A stretch of DNA of 64,000 bases, from NCBI GenBank assembly GCA_041690135.1, contig JAWLHY010000001.1, forward strand, positions 736,001 to 800,000, read 5' to 3'. The notes under the pieces are model-generated. The model made no database searches, had not been told where the DNA came from, and was given only the letters and a program-made list of their open reading frames with translations. The DNA comes from Armatimonadota bacterium. GTDB taxonomy: Bacteria > Armatimonadota > SYMT01. The position numbers and the translations under genes were made by a program. Shown piece after piece: positions 1 through 9,172 of this stretch. Within the stretch, counting starts at the first letter, position 1. The number at the start of each line of letters is the position of its first letter.

Positions 1-1194
1 GCGCAGATCCTGCTTTTTCTCCGGGACGGCCTGGTCGAGGTCTCGCCCCCGGCCCGGGTGCAGAACGTCGCCATGCTGCGTCCGCTCTGGACCGAGATCG
101 GCGATCGTTTGGGGCTTTACGGCAACCTGACGGCCGCAGCGCTGGCCTGGTCGGAGCTGAACGATCATCCGAGGGCAGAGCAGTGCCTCCGGGACGCCGA
201 GTCCCTGCCCATCGACCGCACCCCCTTCGTGGAGGCCTACTCGGCACTTATCAGGGCGGCTCTCGCTCGCCGGGCCTGGCGGCTGGAGGAGGCTCAGGAG
301 GCTGCGGAACGGTCCCGTGCCGGGTTCGAGGCCCTCGGCCACCCGATGGGGAAGCTGCTGCTGGAACTCGCGCACGGTGAACTACTGCTGGCACAAGGCT
401 ACGCGGCGGAAGCGGCCGCCCATCTGGACCGCCTGACCTGCGAGAAGGAGTTGGTGAGCCGGCCCGGCCTGGCGGCGACCCTCGCGACATCCCGCCTTTG
501 CGCCCACCTGGAGGCCGGGCACGGTGCCCCGGAGGATCTCTATCGCCACTGGGAAGGGTTACGACGGCGCCAGCATTCGCCCATGCGCGAGTTGGCGGTT
601 TACCGGTGCCTGGGTCGCGCGGCGATGCGAGACGGGAACCCGGCAGAGGCGGCGAACCATTACGGGTCCGCGCTGGCGGTGCTCCGCTCGCTCTACGAAG
701 AACTGCTGGGCGTGGAAGGAGAGGAGCAGTTCGCCGGGAACCAGATCGAACTATTGCGCGAGGCCGAGACCGCGTACCTGGCGGCCGGCCGGGACCCGGC
801 CGCCACGGGACCCCAGTCGTTGTTTCCGCCCGCCGAGATCCTGCGGGAACAGACGCTGCAGACCCTCCAGGCCCGCAACCAGCGACGCCACCGGATCGGC
901 CTGGGCGTGAGTGTAGCGAACCTGTTCCTAGGCCCCGTTATCTTCGTGGTGACGGCCGTCATCTCGCTGTCGGAGCCCCGGTCCGGAGACGGGCAACCCG
1001 TACCCCCGGTCCTCTTCCTGGGAGTACTCCTCACCCTCTACGGCGCCTTCTCACTGCTGCGCGCGCTCTACCTCCAAATCGCGGTCCGCTGGGCTCCGAC
1101 GATCCGCACCCAGGGCGGCAACCAGACCCTCTTCCTGGCCTTTCTGCCGTGGATTACGTGGCTGGTAACGCTCCCCTGGATAGGGCGGCGTTGA
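1..1194 (+). CDS. 5'-truncated TPR/helical-repeat protein with C-terminal transmembrane helices
   Basis: Frame is open from base 1. Ala/Leu-rich TPR-like helices (e.g. LGRAAMRDGNPAEAANHYGSAL) are followed by about three hydrophobic segments. Confidence 0.6.
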   Translation, partial: AQILLFLRDGLVEVSPPARVQNVAMLRPLWTEIGDRLGLYGNLTAAALAWSELNDHPRAEQCLRDAESLPIDRTPFVEAYSALIRAALARRAWRLEEAQEAAERSRAGFEALGHPMGKLLLELAHGELLLAQGYAAEAAAHLDRLTCEKELVSRPGLAATLATSRLCAHLEAGHGAPEDLYRHWEGLRRRQHSPMRELAVYRCLGRAAMRDGNPAEAANHYGSALAVLRSLYEELLGVEGEEQFAGNQIELLREAETAYLAAGRDPAATGPQSLFPPAEILREQTLQTLQARNQRRHRIGLGVSVANLFLGPVIFVVTAVISLSEPRSGDGQPVPPVLFLGVLLTLYGAFSLLRALYLQIAVRWAPTIRTQGGNQTLFLAFLPWITWLVTLPWIGRR

Positions 1195-1333
1195 CGGGTA
1201 CGGTTTGGCGGTTACCGGTTCTGGGTTGCAGGTTGGCAGGTTGGGGACCCCGTGGCGGCTGGGGCGGGTACGGTTTGGCGGTTACTGGATCTGGGTTGCA
1301 GGTTGGAAGGTTGGAAGGTTGGAAGGTTGGGGG
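1195..1333. repeat. Two direct repeats (70 bp period) ending in a variable (AGGTTGGA)n octamer tract
   Basis: cgggtacggtttggcggttac.gg.tctgggttgcaggttgg occurs at 1195 and 1265; the second copy has extra ggaaggtt units. Confidence 0.85.
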
Positions 1334-1577
1334 CCGGTGTTATCGGTGACGGGTATGGCTTGCAAGAACAGGAACAAGCTTGGGAGGCCCGGATCCGCTT
1401 TGAGGCGTTAGCAGATTTGGGTTGCCCAGAGAGCCCTCACCCCCTACCCCACCCCCTCGGGGCGTAAACCTCTCCCACGCTGCGGGAGAGGGGAAGCGTC
1501 GGAGCCCAAGGCGCCTGCCCCTTTGCTTCCTTCTTGGCGGCTTTGCGGCTTGGCGCGAGACATTCTTTCCGCGTGCT

Positions 1578-3437
1578 TCAGAGCCCGGCGCGGTAGTTGC
1601 CCACCGCCTCGGAGGTGCGGAGGTAGCGGTTGTAGAGGCGAAGCAGCTCGACCTGTCCTTTGAGGTTGGGTCCGAGGCGGAGGGTGGGTGAGCCGTTCAC
1701 GTCCTGGAGCGTGGGGCTGAAGCGTCCCCAGCCGAACTGGCGGTGCTCGCCGCCGTCGTTTAGCACCCCATCGATCACGAAGGAAATGATCTTGGGGCCG
1801 CCGTCGACGATGGCGACCACGTGATGCCGCTTGCCGGCTTGAAGCTGGCCGGGGTCGCTGGTCCAGGTCGCTTCCTGGCGCCCGTCGCAGAGAGTCAGCT
1901 TCAAGGCGCCGTGGGGGGCCGTGGTCAGGGCGATGCCCCGTCCGGTCGCATCCCGGCTGTCCAGGACCGTTTGCCCGGCCGCCACGTCGTCCAGCCGCAG
2001 CCAGAGATCGAGGGTAAAGCCGGCGCGGGTGTCCTTGCTGCCGTGATCCGGGCGGCTGTTGTCCCGCTGGATGAATGCGGGGAGGCGCGGTAACTTCGCT
2101 TCCTTCTGGCCGCGGACCTCGAGGACCTTTCCAGCGGCGGCCACGGAGCGGTTCTGGAACTGGTGAAAGAGCCCGTTGAGCAGGGAGCCGTCGATCTCAT
2201 GCAGGCGGCCCACGTGCTTCTGCGTCTCGGTGATGTAATACTTCCCGTCCTCTTCCACCAGGTCGGGATAGCTCATCCGAACGATCGGGTCGTCGTCGTA
2301 GAGCAGGATCTCCGGCTGCGACCAGTGGATCACTTTGCCGGCCGGCGAGTCCCGCTCTTCCCCGGCGCTGACCCAAACGGGGTTGCGATCGCGGTAAGGG
2401 TCCCAGTCCGGGGCCCGGAGCGCCACCGCGCCGCCGTGATTGTGGAACCAGTAGAGATACTTGCCGTTGCCGCAGCGCCACACGAAGTTGGCGGCGCGAG
2501 GATGCTTGAACACCCGTCCGCCGGGGGTGTACTGCTTGTACTGCGGCTTCGTCCAGGTTCGTCCCCCATCGCGGCTGTAGGCGGACACGGGGTAGCCGTC
2601 AATGCTCCGGTAGACGCAGTACAGCGAGCCGTCGCTGATTTCCGTAAGGCTCTGCTCCTCGGCGACCCGTCCGCCCCCCTCGGGGGTTCGCAGGCCCACG
2701 TCCCCTTCGGGCAGCGTCTCCCAGGTGATCTTTTCCGGGTCCCGCTCGGTCAAGAGGTTCGGGCTGCGCAGGAAGGCCCCCTCGGACTGGGCGAAGAACC
2801 CCTTCCCCATCGCGGCCACCTTGTGGTGTGGAATGATCGCCGCGCCCCGGTGGACGAGCGGACGCCCCACGTTCCAGAAGAACCGGAGATTACCTCCGTA
2901 GACGTTCTTCCGATCCCACTCGAAGGCGCGGATCGGGATCTCATACCGTTTCGCCGACCAGGAGCGGCCCCCATCATCCGAGTACTTGAAGACGTAATGG
3001 CCCAGGGAGTCGACGCGGGTGTAGACGCCGCCGTCTTCCCGCTTCACCTCGCGGACGTTGTCGGTGTTGTGGTTGTAGAAGCAGTAGATCCGCCCACCCG
3101 GCACCTTCAGCAGCACCGCGTAGGAGGCCTCGGGACCGGTCCCCGGCTCCACGTCCACCACGTCCGTCCAGGTGCGCCCGCGGTCCCGGCTCCGCATGGC
3201 GATCACGTGCTGGCTGGAGGCGCCTTCCTGCCCTTTGGCCGTCGTCATCACGCAGAGCCAGGCGCCGTCATCGGTCTTCACGATGTACGGCTGGTCGCAG
3301 TAGCTCTCGCCGGGAATCTCGAAGCCGTTGGAGATGTGGCGGGGATCGGCAACTTTCACTTTAGGAAGCTCGGCGGCGGATACCGCGGCCACGGTGAGGG
3401 TGGCGACCAGGGCGGGGATGACGGTACTTGGGTGCAT
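1578..3437 (-). CDS. Secreted BNR/Asp-box (sialidase-like) glycoside hydrolase with C-terminal LamG/ConA-like domain
   Basis: Signal peptide, Asp-boxes SRDRGRTW, SDDGGRSW and SRDGGRTW, and a LamG-like C-terminus (HHVVAIVDG, LRLYNRYL). Confidence 0.8.
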   Translation of the reverse strand: MHPSTVIPALVATLTVAAVSAAELPKVKVADPRHISNGFEIPGESYCDQPYIVKTDDGAWLCVMTTAKGQEGASSQHVIAMRSRDRGRTWTDVVDVEPGTGPEASYAVLLKVPGGRIYCFYNHNTDNVREVKREDGGVYTRVDSLGHYVFKYSDDGGRSWSAKRYEIPIRAFEWDRKNVYGGNLRFFWNVGRPLVHRGAAIIPHHKVAAMGKGFFAQSEGAFLRSPNLLTERDPEKITWETLPEGDVGLRTPEGGGRVAEEQSLTEISDGSLYCVYRSIDGYPVSAYSRDGGRTWTKPQYKQYTPGGRVFKHPRAANFVWRCGNGKYLYWFHNHGGAVALRAPDWDPYRDRNPVWVSAGEERDSPAGKVIHWSQPEILLYDDDPIVRMSYPDLVEEDGKYYITETQKHVGRLHEIDGSLLNGLFHQFQNRSVAAAGKVLEVRGQKEAKLPRLPAFIQRDNSRPDHGSKDTRAGFTLDLWLRLDDVAAGQTVLDSRDATGRGIALTTAPHGALKLTLCDGRQEATWTSDPGQLQAGKRHHVVAIVDGGPKIISFVIDGVLNDGGEHRQFGWGRFSPTLQDVNGSPTLRLGPNLKGQVELLRLYNRYLRTSEAVGNYRAGL

Positions 3438-3449
3438 AGTAGTTAATGA

Positions 3450-5030
3450 TCAGGCGGGTTTCGCACCCGGACGGCCCTGCTCGAGCACGAAGGAGGCGCG
3501 GGTGACGAGGGGGGCGCCAGGTTTGTCGACGTACTCCACCACCTGGTAGTCGGTGCGCCAGGCGTCGGGGGTGAGGGTACAGCTCACGTAGCCGCGCTCG
3601 GCGTTGTGGAAGCGGACGAACGGGTTCTCCGCCAGCAGATTGTCCAGGTTCTTCGGCGTGCGCGTGCCGTTGCCGCCGGAGGAGATCGAGGTGCCGACGA
3701 ACTCCGTGGCCACGGTGGGGTCTTCGCTGCGGTCGAAGTCGACCTTCAGGTCGTTGACCCAGTTGGTGTGGATATCGCCGGTCAGCACCACGGGGTTGGG
3801 AACGCGGCGCTGGGCGAGGAAGCGGAGCAGGCGTTTCCGAGCGACCTCGTAGCCGGACCACCCATCCATGGCATAGAGCGCCTCTTCGCCGGGGATGCGG
3901 TCCGCGCGGGCCATCATCACCTGCTGGCCCAGGACGTTCCAGGTGGAGGTGGATGCCAGGAGGTTCGCCATCAGCCAGCTCTCCTGGCGGTGACCCAGCA
4001 GAGTACCCTTGGGGCTGAGGACCTCGCCCGTGAGCGGCTTGCGGCCGTCGCCGTTCGGCTGGTCGGTCCGGTACTGGCGCGTGTCGAGCATGGAGAACTC
4101 GGCCAGGCGTCCGTAGTTGACCCGCCGGTACAGCTTCATGTCCGGCCCCTGCGGGAGGGAGGTCCGGCGCAGCGGCATGTGCTCGTAGAAGGCCTGGTAG
4201 GCATCCGCCCGGCGCAAGAGCAGCTCTTCCGGAGAGACATCTTTCTGCTCCGAGATGTCTCCGGCGTAGTTGTTGTCGACCTCGTGATCGTCCCACACCA
4301 CCACCCAGGGGCAGAGCGCGTGCGCGGCCCGGAGGTGGGGATCGCAGCGGTAGAGCGCGTAGCGGGTGCGGTAGTGCTCCAGCGTGGTGGTTTCCGGCCC
4401 CACGTGTTGACGCACCCCATTGCGGCGCTGGGGTCCCTCATAGATGTAGTCGCCCAGGAACAGGATGAGGTCGAGCGGCTCGCGCGCCATGTGCTCGTAC
4501 GCGGTGTAGAGGCCCGCCTCGAAATGCTGGCAGGAAGCGAAGGCGAAGCGCATCTGCTCCGGCAACGCCTCCGGAAGCGGCGTGGTGCGGGTGCGGCCGA
4601 TGGGGCTGCGCGCGTCTCCCGCGGTGAACCGGTACCAATACCAGCGGTTCGGCCGGAGGCCCTCAACCTCCACGTGCACGGAATGGCCGAGTTGCGGCGT
4701 GGCTAGGGTGGTCCCCTTCTTCACTACGCGACGCATGTTCTCGTCGGAGGCGATTTCCCAGGTCACTTCCACCGTTTCCGGCGCCATCCCGCCCGCCTCT
4801 TCCAGGGGCGCCGGCGCCAGGCGCGTCCAGAGCACCATGCCGTCCGGCCCCGGATCTCCGGAAGTCACTCCCAACTGGAAGGGATCGGCCGCGAACCGGG
4901 GCTTCCGCTGGATCGCCCCCTGGGCGAGAGTGCCCATCCAGGGCGTAACAGCCAGGCAGGCGCCGGACAGGATGAACTGGCGACGGTTCGTGGTGAGCTC
5001 GGATGCAAGGGACAACAACCTTCGGGACAT
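3450..5030 (-). CDS. phoD: PhoD-family alkaline phosphatase, Tat-exported
   Basis: NRRQFI Tat motif, GVTSGDP, FASCQH, FLGDYIYE, WDDHEV, LDTRQYR and TGDIH motifs. GGAGG RBS upstream of the ATG at 5030. Confidence 0.9.
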   Translation of the reverse strand: MSRRLLSLASELTTNRRQFILSGACLAVTPWMGTLAQGAIQRKPRFAADPFQLGVTSGDPGPDGMVLWTRLAPAPLEEAGGMAPETVEVTWEIASDENMRRVVKKGTTLATPQLGHSVHVEVEGLRPNRWYWYRFTAGDARSPIGRTRTTPLPEALPEQMRFAFASCQHFEAGLYTAYEHMAREPLDLILFLGDYIYEGPQRRNGVRQHVGPETTTLEHYRTRYALYRCDPHLRAAHALCPWVVVWDDHEVDNNYAGDISEQKDVSPEELLLRRADAYQAFYEHMPLRRTSLPQGPDMKLYRRVNYGRLAEFSMLDTRQYRTDQPNGDGRKPLTGEVLSPKGTLLGHRQESWLMANLLASTSTWNVLGQQVMMARADRIPGEEALYAMDGWSGYEVARKRLLRFLAQRRVPNPVVLTGDIHTNWVNDLKVDFDRSEDPTVATEFVGTSISSGGNGTRTPKNLDNLLAENPFVRFHNAERGYVSCTLTPDAWRTDYQVVEYVDKPGAPLVTRASFVLEQGRPGAKPA

Positions 5031-5235
5031 CGAATACAACCTCCAGGCTCGCCGTTCGTCCGCGCCGGGCGCAACTCCTGCCGTTAAGAGGAGTTTAAGC
5101 GGCTCCGTGCCGGATGCGGACGGTTTCCGCGGGAAACGGTAGGAAAGTCCAAAGATGGGGTGACACAGGGCCCCTTCCTTGAGTAGTTAGACATGAGTGT
5201 CAATCCCGGCCCGTCCGGGCTGAAAGAGGTCCACC

Positions 5236-5706
5236 ATGATTCGCTCTGCCAAAATCCTTCTGTCCCTCGGTGCCGCCGTGCTGATCGCCGGCGCCGGTTT
5301 CGCCGCTCCCGAAAAGGCCGCCGACGGCAAGGTCTGCCAGGCCGGCGTCGGGAAGCCCTACGTGATGCCGCTGTTCGCCAACGGCAAGCTGGTCAGCTCC
5401 TGCGAAGTGGGGAACGGCATGTTCTTCAAGCGCGCGTGCGAGATGCCCGGCAAGTCTCTGGCCAGCGCGAAGGCCGCCTGCGCCGGCTCCACCTGCGATG
5501 CTTCCGCCAAGACAGCGGGGAGCGCCTGTGCCACGAAGGCCGCCGGCAGCGCCTGCGCCACGAAGACGGCCGCCAGCGGCTGCGGCGAGAAGGCCCTCGG
5601 CAAGATGGCCTGCGAAGTGGGCAACAAGCACTTCTTCTCGGCGGCCAACTGCTGCTCCAGCGAAGTGAAGGTCGCCAAGGCCGCCTGCTGCGCTTCCAAG
5701 AAGTAG
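5236..5706 (+). CDS. Small exported Cys/Ala/Lys-rich low-complexity protein
   Basis: GAGG RBS, signal peptide, 13 Cys, duplicated CEVGNxxFF and GSACATK motifs, strong GC3 bias, followed by a terminator. Confidence 0.8.
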   Translation: MIRSAKILLSLGAAVLIAGAGFAAPEKAADGKVCQAGVGKPYVMPLFANGKLVSSCEVGNGMFFKRACEMPGKSLASAKAACAGSTCDASAKTAGSACATKAAGSACATKTAASGCGEKALGKMACEVGNKHFFSAANCCSSEVKVAKAACCASKK

Positions 5707-5744
5707 CCACCGGGCCGCTTCCTCCTTGAAGCAATGGAAAACTC

Positions 5745-5775
5745 GCCCCGACGCCACCCGGCGCCGGGGCTTTTT
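5745..5775 (+). terminator. Rho-independent terminator
   Basis: gccccgacgcc-accc-ggcgccggggc hairpin followed by ttttt. Confidence 0.8.
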
Positions 5776-5849
5776 GTGGCTCTGATCTCCGATCTACGCC
5801 GTGGTATCCTTCCTTATCCTTATCCTTATCTTCATCGTCATCCAGCCCT

Positions 5850-6518
5850 ATGTACTTCGATAATGCCCAGCCTCCCGATCCCTTTCGTGCGGTGCTGTTC
5901 GACGTGGACGGCACGCTGATCGATACGGCGGAGTTGATCGCGGACTCCCTGGAGTATGCGTGCCGGGTCCACCTCGGCCGCACGCATCCGCGGGAGACCT
6001 ACTACCAGTTGATCGGCAAGCCGGCCATCGTGCAGATGGAGATCCTGGGAGGGGATAAGGCGCCGGAGATGATGGATACTGCGGTCGCCTACTACGAGGA
6101 CCACCATGAGAAAGAGCACCCGTTTCCGGGTGCCCTCGACACGCTGGCGCAGTTGAAGGAGAACGGGATCCGGCTGGCTCTGGTCACCAGCAAGACGCGG
6201 ATGGAGTTGGAGCCCACGCTCGCGCGCGTCCCCCTCCAGCGGTGGGTGCACGTGATCATCACGGCAGACCTCACCACCCGCCCCAAGCCGTTCCCAGACC
6301 CCGTTTACCTGGCGCTGCAAACGCTCCAGATCGGGGCCCACGAAACCCTCTTCATCGGGGACAGCCCCTACGATCTCCAGTCCGGCAACGCGGCGGGCGT
6401 AAGCACCGGCGCCGCCACCTGGGGCCCCCACCCGCTCCCAGTCCTCCAGGCCGAAAACCCGACCTTCGTCTTCACCGGCTTCCGTGACATCCTCGTCGCC
6501 TGCAACCTCCGCACCTGA
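5850..6518 (+). CDS. HAD-IA family hydrolase (PpaX/phosphoglycolate phosphatase-like)
   Basis: FDVDGTLID motif I, VTSK, KPFPDP and FIGDSPYD motifs. Confidence 0.9.
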   Translation: MYFDNAQPPDPFRAVLFDVDGTLIDTAELIADSLEYACRVHLGRTHPRETYYQLIGKPAIVQMEILGGDKAPEMMDTAVAYYEDHHEKEHPFPGALDTLAQLKENGIRLALVTSKTRMELEPTLARVPLQRWVHVIITADLTTRPKPFPDPVYLALQTLQIGAHETLFIGDSPYDLQSGNAAGVSTGAATWGPHPLPVLQAENPTFVFTGFRDILVACNLRT

Positions 6519-6535
6519 CCCGAGGCTCGCTTCAC

Positions 6536-6783
6536 TCGCCAAGCCGCAAGGACACCAGGCCGGAAGGAACAGGTCTCTCGCAAAGGCGCAAAGGACGCGA
6601 AGCAGGGACCAGTCTTAACACAGTTCCTACCTCGTGGATCGTTGCGCGATGCAGGAGACCGCACCGATTTTTGCGATTGTTCCGATTCGCCCTGGTGCGG
6701 CTTACTCTCTTGCACCCTTGCGTGTTAGCTCGCGCAGCGTCTCCTTCCGGTTCCTTCTTGGCGACTTTGCGGCTTTGCGAGAG
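6536..6783. repeat. Intergenic REP-like low-complexity inverted repeats (cgcaaaggcgcaaag family)
   Basis: tctcgcaaaggcgcaaaggacgcgaag (~6575) is an imperfect inverse of cttggcgactttgcggctttgcgaga (~6757). A related copy lies at ~1533-1560. Confidence 0.6.
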
Positions 6784-6794
6784 ATGCGGTTCGG

Positions 6795-7685
6795 TTAGCC
6801 GCGGGCGAGCTCGCGCCAGAGGCCGTGGTAGCACTGGAAGAAGAGCAGGCCGTCTTCCGCTTTGACCGGCGTGCCTACTTCGCAGAGCGTGTACCGGTTG
6901 TAGCCGGTCTGGCGCAGGAGCGAGAAGAGCTCGCGGTACGGGTAGGGACCCCAGAGTGTGTTGATGTGGACGTTCATCAGGAACGGCTTGAGGAGCTCGA
7001 ACGACTCCTTCACCGAGCCGTTCTTCACGTCCGTGGGGTTGCTGTTCCAGCAGATGCCGACGGACTTGTGGCCGCAGTGATCCATGATCTTGCGCATGTT
7101 CGCGGGCTCCTGCGTGCCGCCGCCGTGGACCTCCACCCAGATCTCCACGCCCGCATCCTGGGCGTAGTCGCCGCACTGGCGCAGGGTCTTGCCGATCTGC
7201 TCCAGCGTCTTCTCCACGGGCACTTCCTTGGGGAGGCCGTTCGGGCGCACCTTGATGCCCAGAGCGCCGATGTCCTTCGCCAGGGACACCCACTGGCGGC
7301 AGTCCTCCACGTGCTTCCGCACGACCGACGGGTCCGGGCTGTGGAACTCGCACACGGTACCCAAGCTCGTCTGGCGAATGCCCGCATCGGCGCAGCGCTG
7401 CTTCACTTCCGCCCGCTGCGCGGAGTTGAGAGTCACTTCCACACCGTGCTTGTGCGTGGTGCGGAACTCCAGGGCGGAGAGGCCCGCTTTCGGGCAGATG
7501 TTCAGCAGGGTGGCCAGGTCCCAGTCTTTCGGCACGTTGTAGGTGATGGTCCCCAGCTTGAACGGCGGGTCGCCCGCCCCGGACTGCTGCGCCGCGGCCG
7601 GGGTGGAGAGCTCCAGCCCGCCCACCGCCAGGGCGGCTCCGGCGCCCGCCAGGAGTTCTCTGCGCGATACGGAATGGTTAGCCAT
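6795..7685 (-). CDS. Tat-exported sugar phosphate isomerase/epimerase (TIM barrel)
   Basis: SRRELL Tat signal; EVHG, NVHI and LCE metal-site motifs of the AP-endonuclease-2/xylose-isomerase-like fold. Confidence 0.8.
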   Translation of the reverse strand: MANHSVSRRELLAGAGAALAVGGLELSTPAAAQQSGAGDPPFKLGTITYNVPKDWDLATLLNICPKAGLSALEFRTTHKHGVEVTLNSAQRAEVKQRCADAGIRQTSLGTVCEFHSPDPSVVRKHVEDCRQWVSLAKDIGALGIKVRPNGLPKEVPVEKTLEQIGKTLRQCGDYAQDAGVEIWVEVHGGGTQEPANMRKIMDHCGHKSVGICWNSNPTDVKNGSVKESFELLKPFLMNVHINTLWGPYPYRELFSLLRQTGYNRYTLCEVGTPVKAEDGLLFFQCYHGLWRELARG

Positions 7686-7717
7686 GGGTTGTTGACCTCG
7701 AGATCGAGCTCCGCGCC

Positions 7718-8173
7718 TCACCGGCGCCGCGAGCGCTGACGTTTGGATAACTCTTGCTGGACCGCGGGGTCGGTGGTCAGCACTTCCACCGGCCGTCCCA
7801 GCGGCACCAGGATGACGGTAACTTCTTCCACGACCTGTTCGATGAGCCAGCGGGGAAGGTCGTCTTCCAGCGCCCCCGGCCGCAGTTCGTGCGCGTAGAC
7901 CGCGTAGCCTTCGCCCACCGCGTTCTCATTGGTGCTGAACATCACGCCGCAGCGGTCCGGCCGCAGCGCGTCCGGCAGGTTCGGCGCGGAGAGCCAGGCA
8001 CACTGGAACCGGCGGCACACCGGCGGTCGCTCCGGATAGATGCGGCATCCGCGCTCGGCCAGGTGCCGGCACGGTTCGCCCGGCGGCTTCGAAAACGGCG
8101 CTTCTTCCGGAGAGGCCTCGAAACCGGGAGCGATGCAGCAGGCGCGGCACTCCCCGCACTCCCGCTGCACCAC
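7718..8173 (-). CDS. YkgJ-family Cys-cluster (putative Fe-S/Zn) protein
   Basis: CGECRACC, CRHL...GCRIYPERPPVCRRFQC motifs. Start uncertain (GTG assumed). Confidence 0.75.
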   Translation of the reverse strand: MVQRECGECRACCIAPGFEASPEEAPFSKPPGEPCRHLAERGCRIYPERPPVCRRFQCAWLSAPNLPDALRPDRCGVMFSTNENAVGEGYAVYAHELRPGALEDDLPRWLIEQVVEEVTVILVPLGRPVEVLTTDPAVQQELSKRQRSRRR

Positions 8174-8208
8174 CTTGAGCGGTTTACCTCGGGACTTACG
8201 ATGAGCGC

Positions 8209-9072
8209 TCAGGCTTCGAATACCTCCGCGAGCGCCGCTCGCATCACCTCCGTGGGCGCGTCGTGACCGGTCCACATCTTGAAAGCGATGGCCCCCTGGT
8301 TGACCAGCATCCCCAGGCCGTCGAGTGGCGTGGCCCCGGCTTCCGCGGCGCGCCGCAGGAAGGGCGTGCTCGGCGGGTTCGGGATCACATCGCAGGCCAG
8401 CATCCCTGCGCGCAGGGTGCCGTAGTCCACCGGGACCGTCTCCTCCACGTTCGGGAAGAGACCCATGCTCGTGGCGTTCACCACCAGCTGCACGTCGCCG
8501 GGCACGGCGTAGTCGCCGGTCCAGGGCACGAACGCCGTCGCCGCTCTGGTGCGCTCCCGGACCCGTGCCGCCAGCTCCGCGCCGCGGGTCTCCGTGCGGT
8601 TCACGATTGTCAGGTGGGAGGCGCCGGCCTCCGCCAGCTCGACCGCGATGGCGCGCGCGGCGCCCCCGGCCCCCAGCACCACCGCGCGGACGCCGGACAG
8701 GTCCAGTCCCGCCTCCCGCACGCTCTGGATGAACCCCTTGCCGTCGGTATTCTCACCCAGGAGCGTGCCGCCCGGCTGGCGGACCACGGTGTTCACGGCC
8801 CCGATCTTGCGGGCTGTGGGCGTGATCTCATCCAGGTGCTCCATCACCGCGATCTTGTGCGGGATGGTGCAGTTGGCGCCGGCGAAGTTCATCGCTCGCA
8901 TGCCGCGTACGGCATCTGGGAGTTTCGCGGGCGGCACTTCCAGGGTGACGTAGCGCCAATTCAGGCCCAGCGCCGCGAACGCCTTCTCCTGCATGTACTG
9001 GGTCGGGTTCTCGGCCACCGGCTGGCCGAACAGGGCGATGATTTCGGAAAGGAAGCTGGTTGGTGGAGACAT
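8209..9072 (-). CDS. aroE: Shikimate dehydrogenase
   Basis: GANCTIPHK, IGAVNT, NTDGKG, LGAGGAARA, NRT and GLGMLVNQG motifs. Start moved to MSPPT. Confidence 0.9.
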   Translation of the reverse strand: MSPPTSFLSEIIALFGQPVAENPTQYMQEKAFAALGLNWRYVTLEVPPAKLPDAVRGMRAMNFAGANCTIPHKIAVMEHLDEITPTARKIGAVNTVVRQPGGTLLGENTDGKGFIQSVREAGLDLSGVRAVVLGAGGAARAIAVELAEAGASHLTIVNRTETRGAELAARVRERTRAATAFVPWTGDYAVPGDVQLVVNATSMGLFPNVEETVPVDYGTLRAGMLACDVIPNPPSTPFLRRAAEAGATPLDGLGMLVNQGAIAFKMWTGHDAPTEVMRAALAEVFEA

Positions 9073-9172
9073 CAAAGGAACTAGTCCAAAGCGGGTCCAA
9101 TATCTTCTGTGCGTCAGTTCCAGGGATGGGCCTGGAATACCTGCCCGCGTGAGCCACTCCGAGAGAATTGCG

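Noticed and set aside
5141-5150. AGGAAAGTCC resembling the RNase P RNA P4 motif
   Set aside because: The intergenic space is too short and the 3' P4 partner is absent.
5805-5842. (tatcct)n hexamer run before the HAD gene
   Set aside because: Short and degenerate; no support for phase variation or a defined element.
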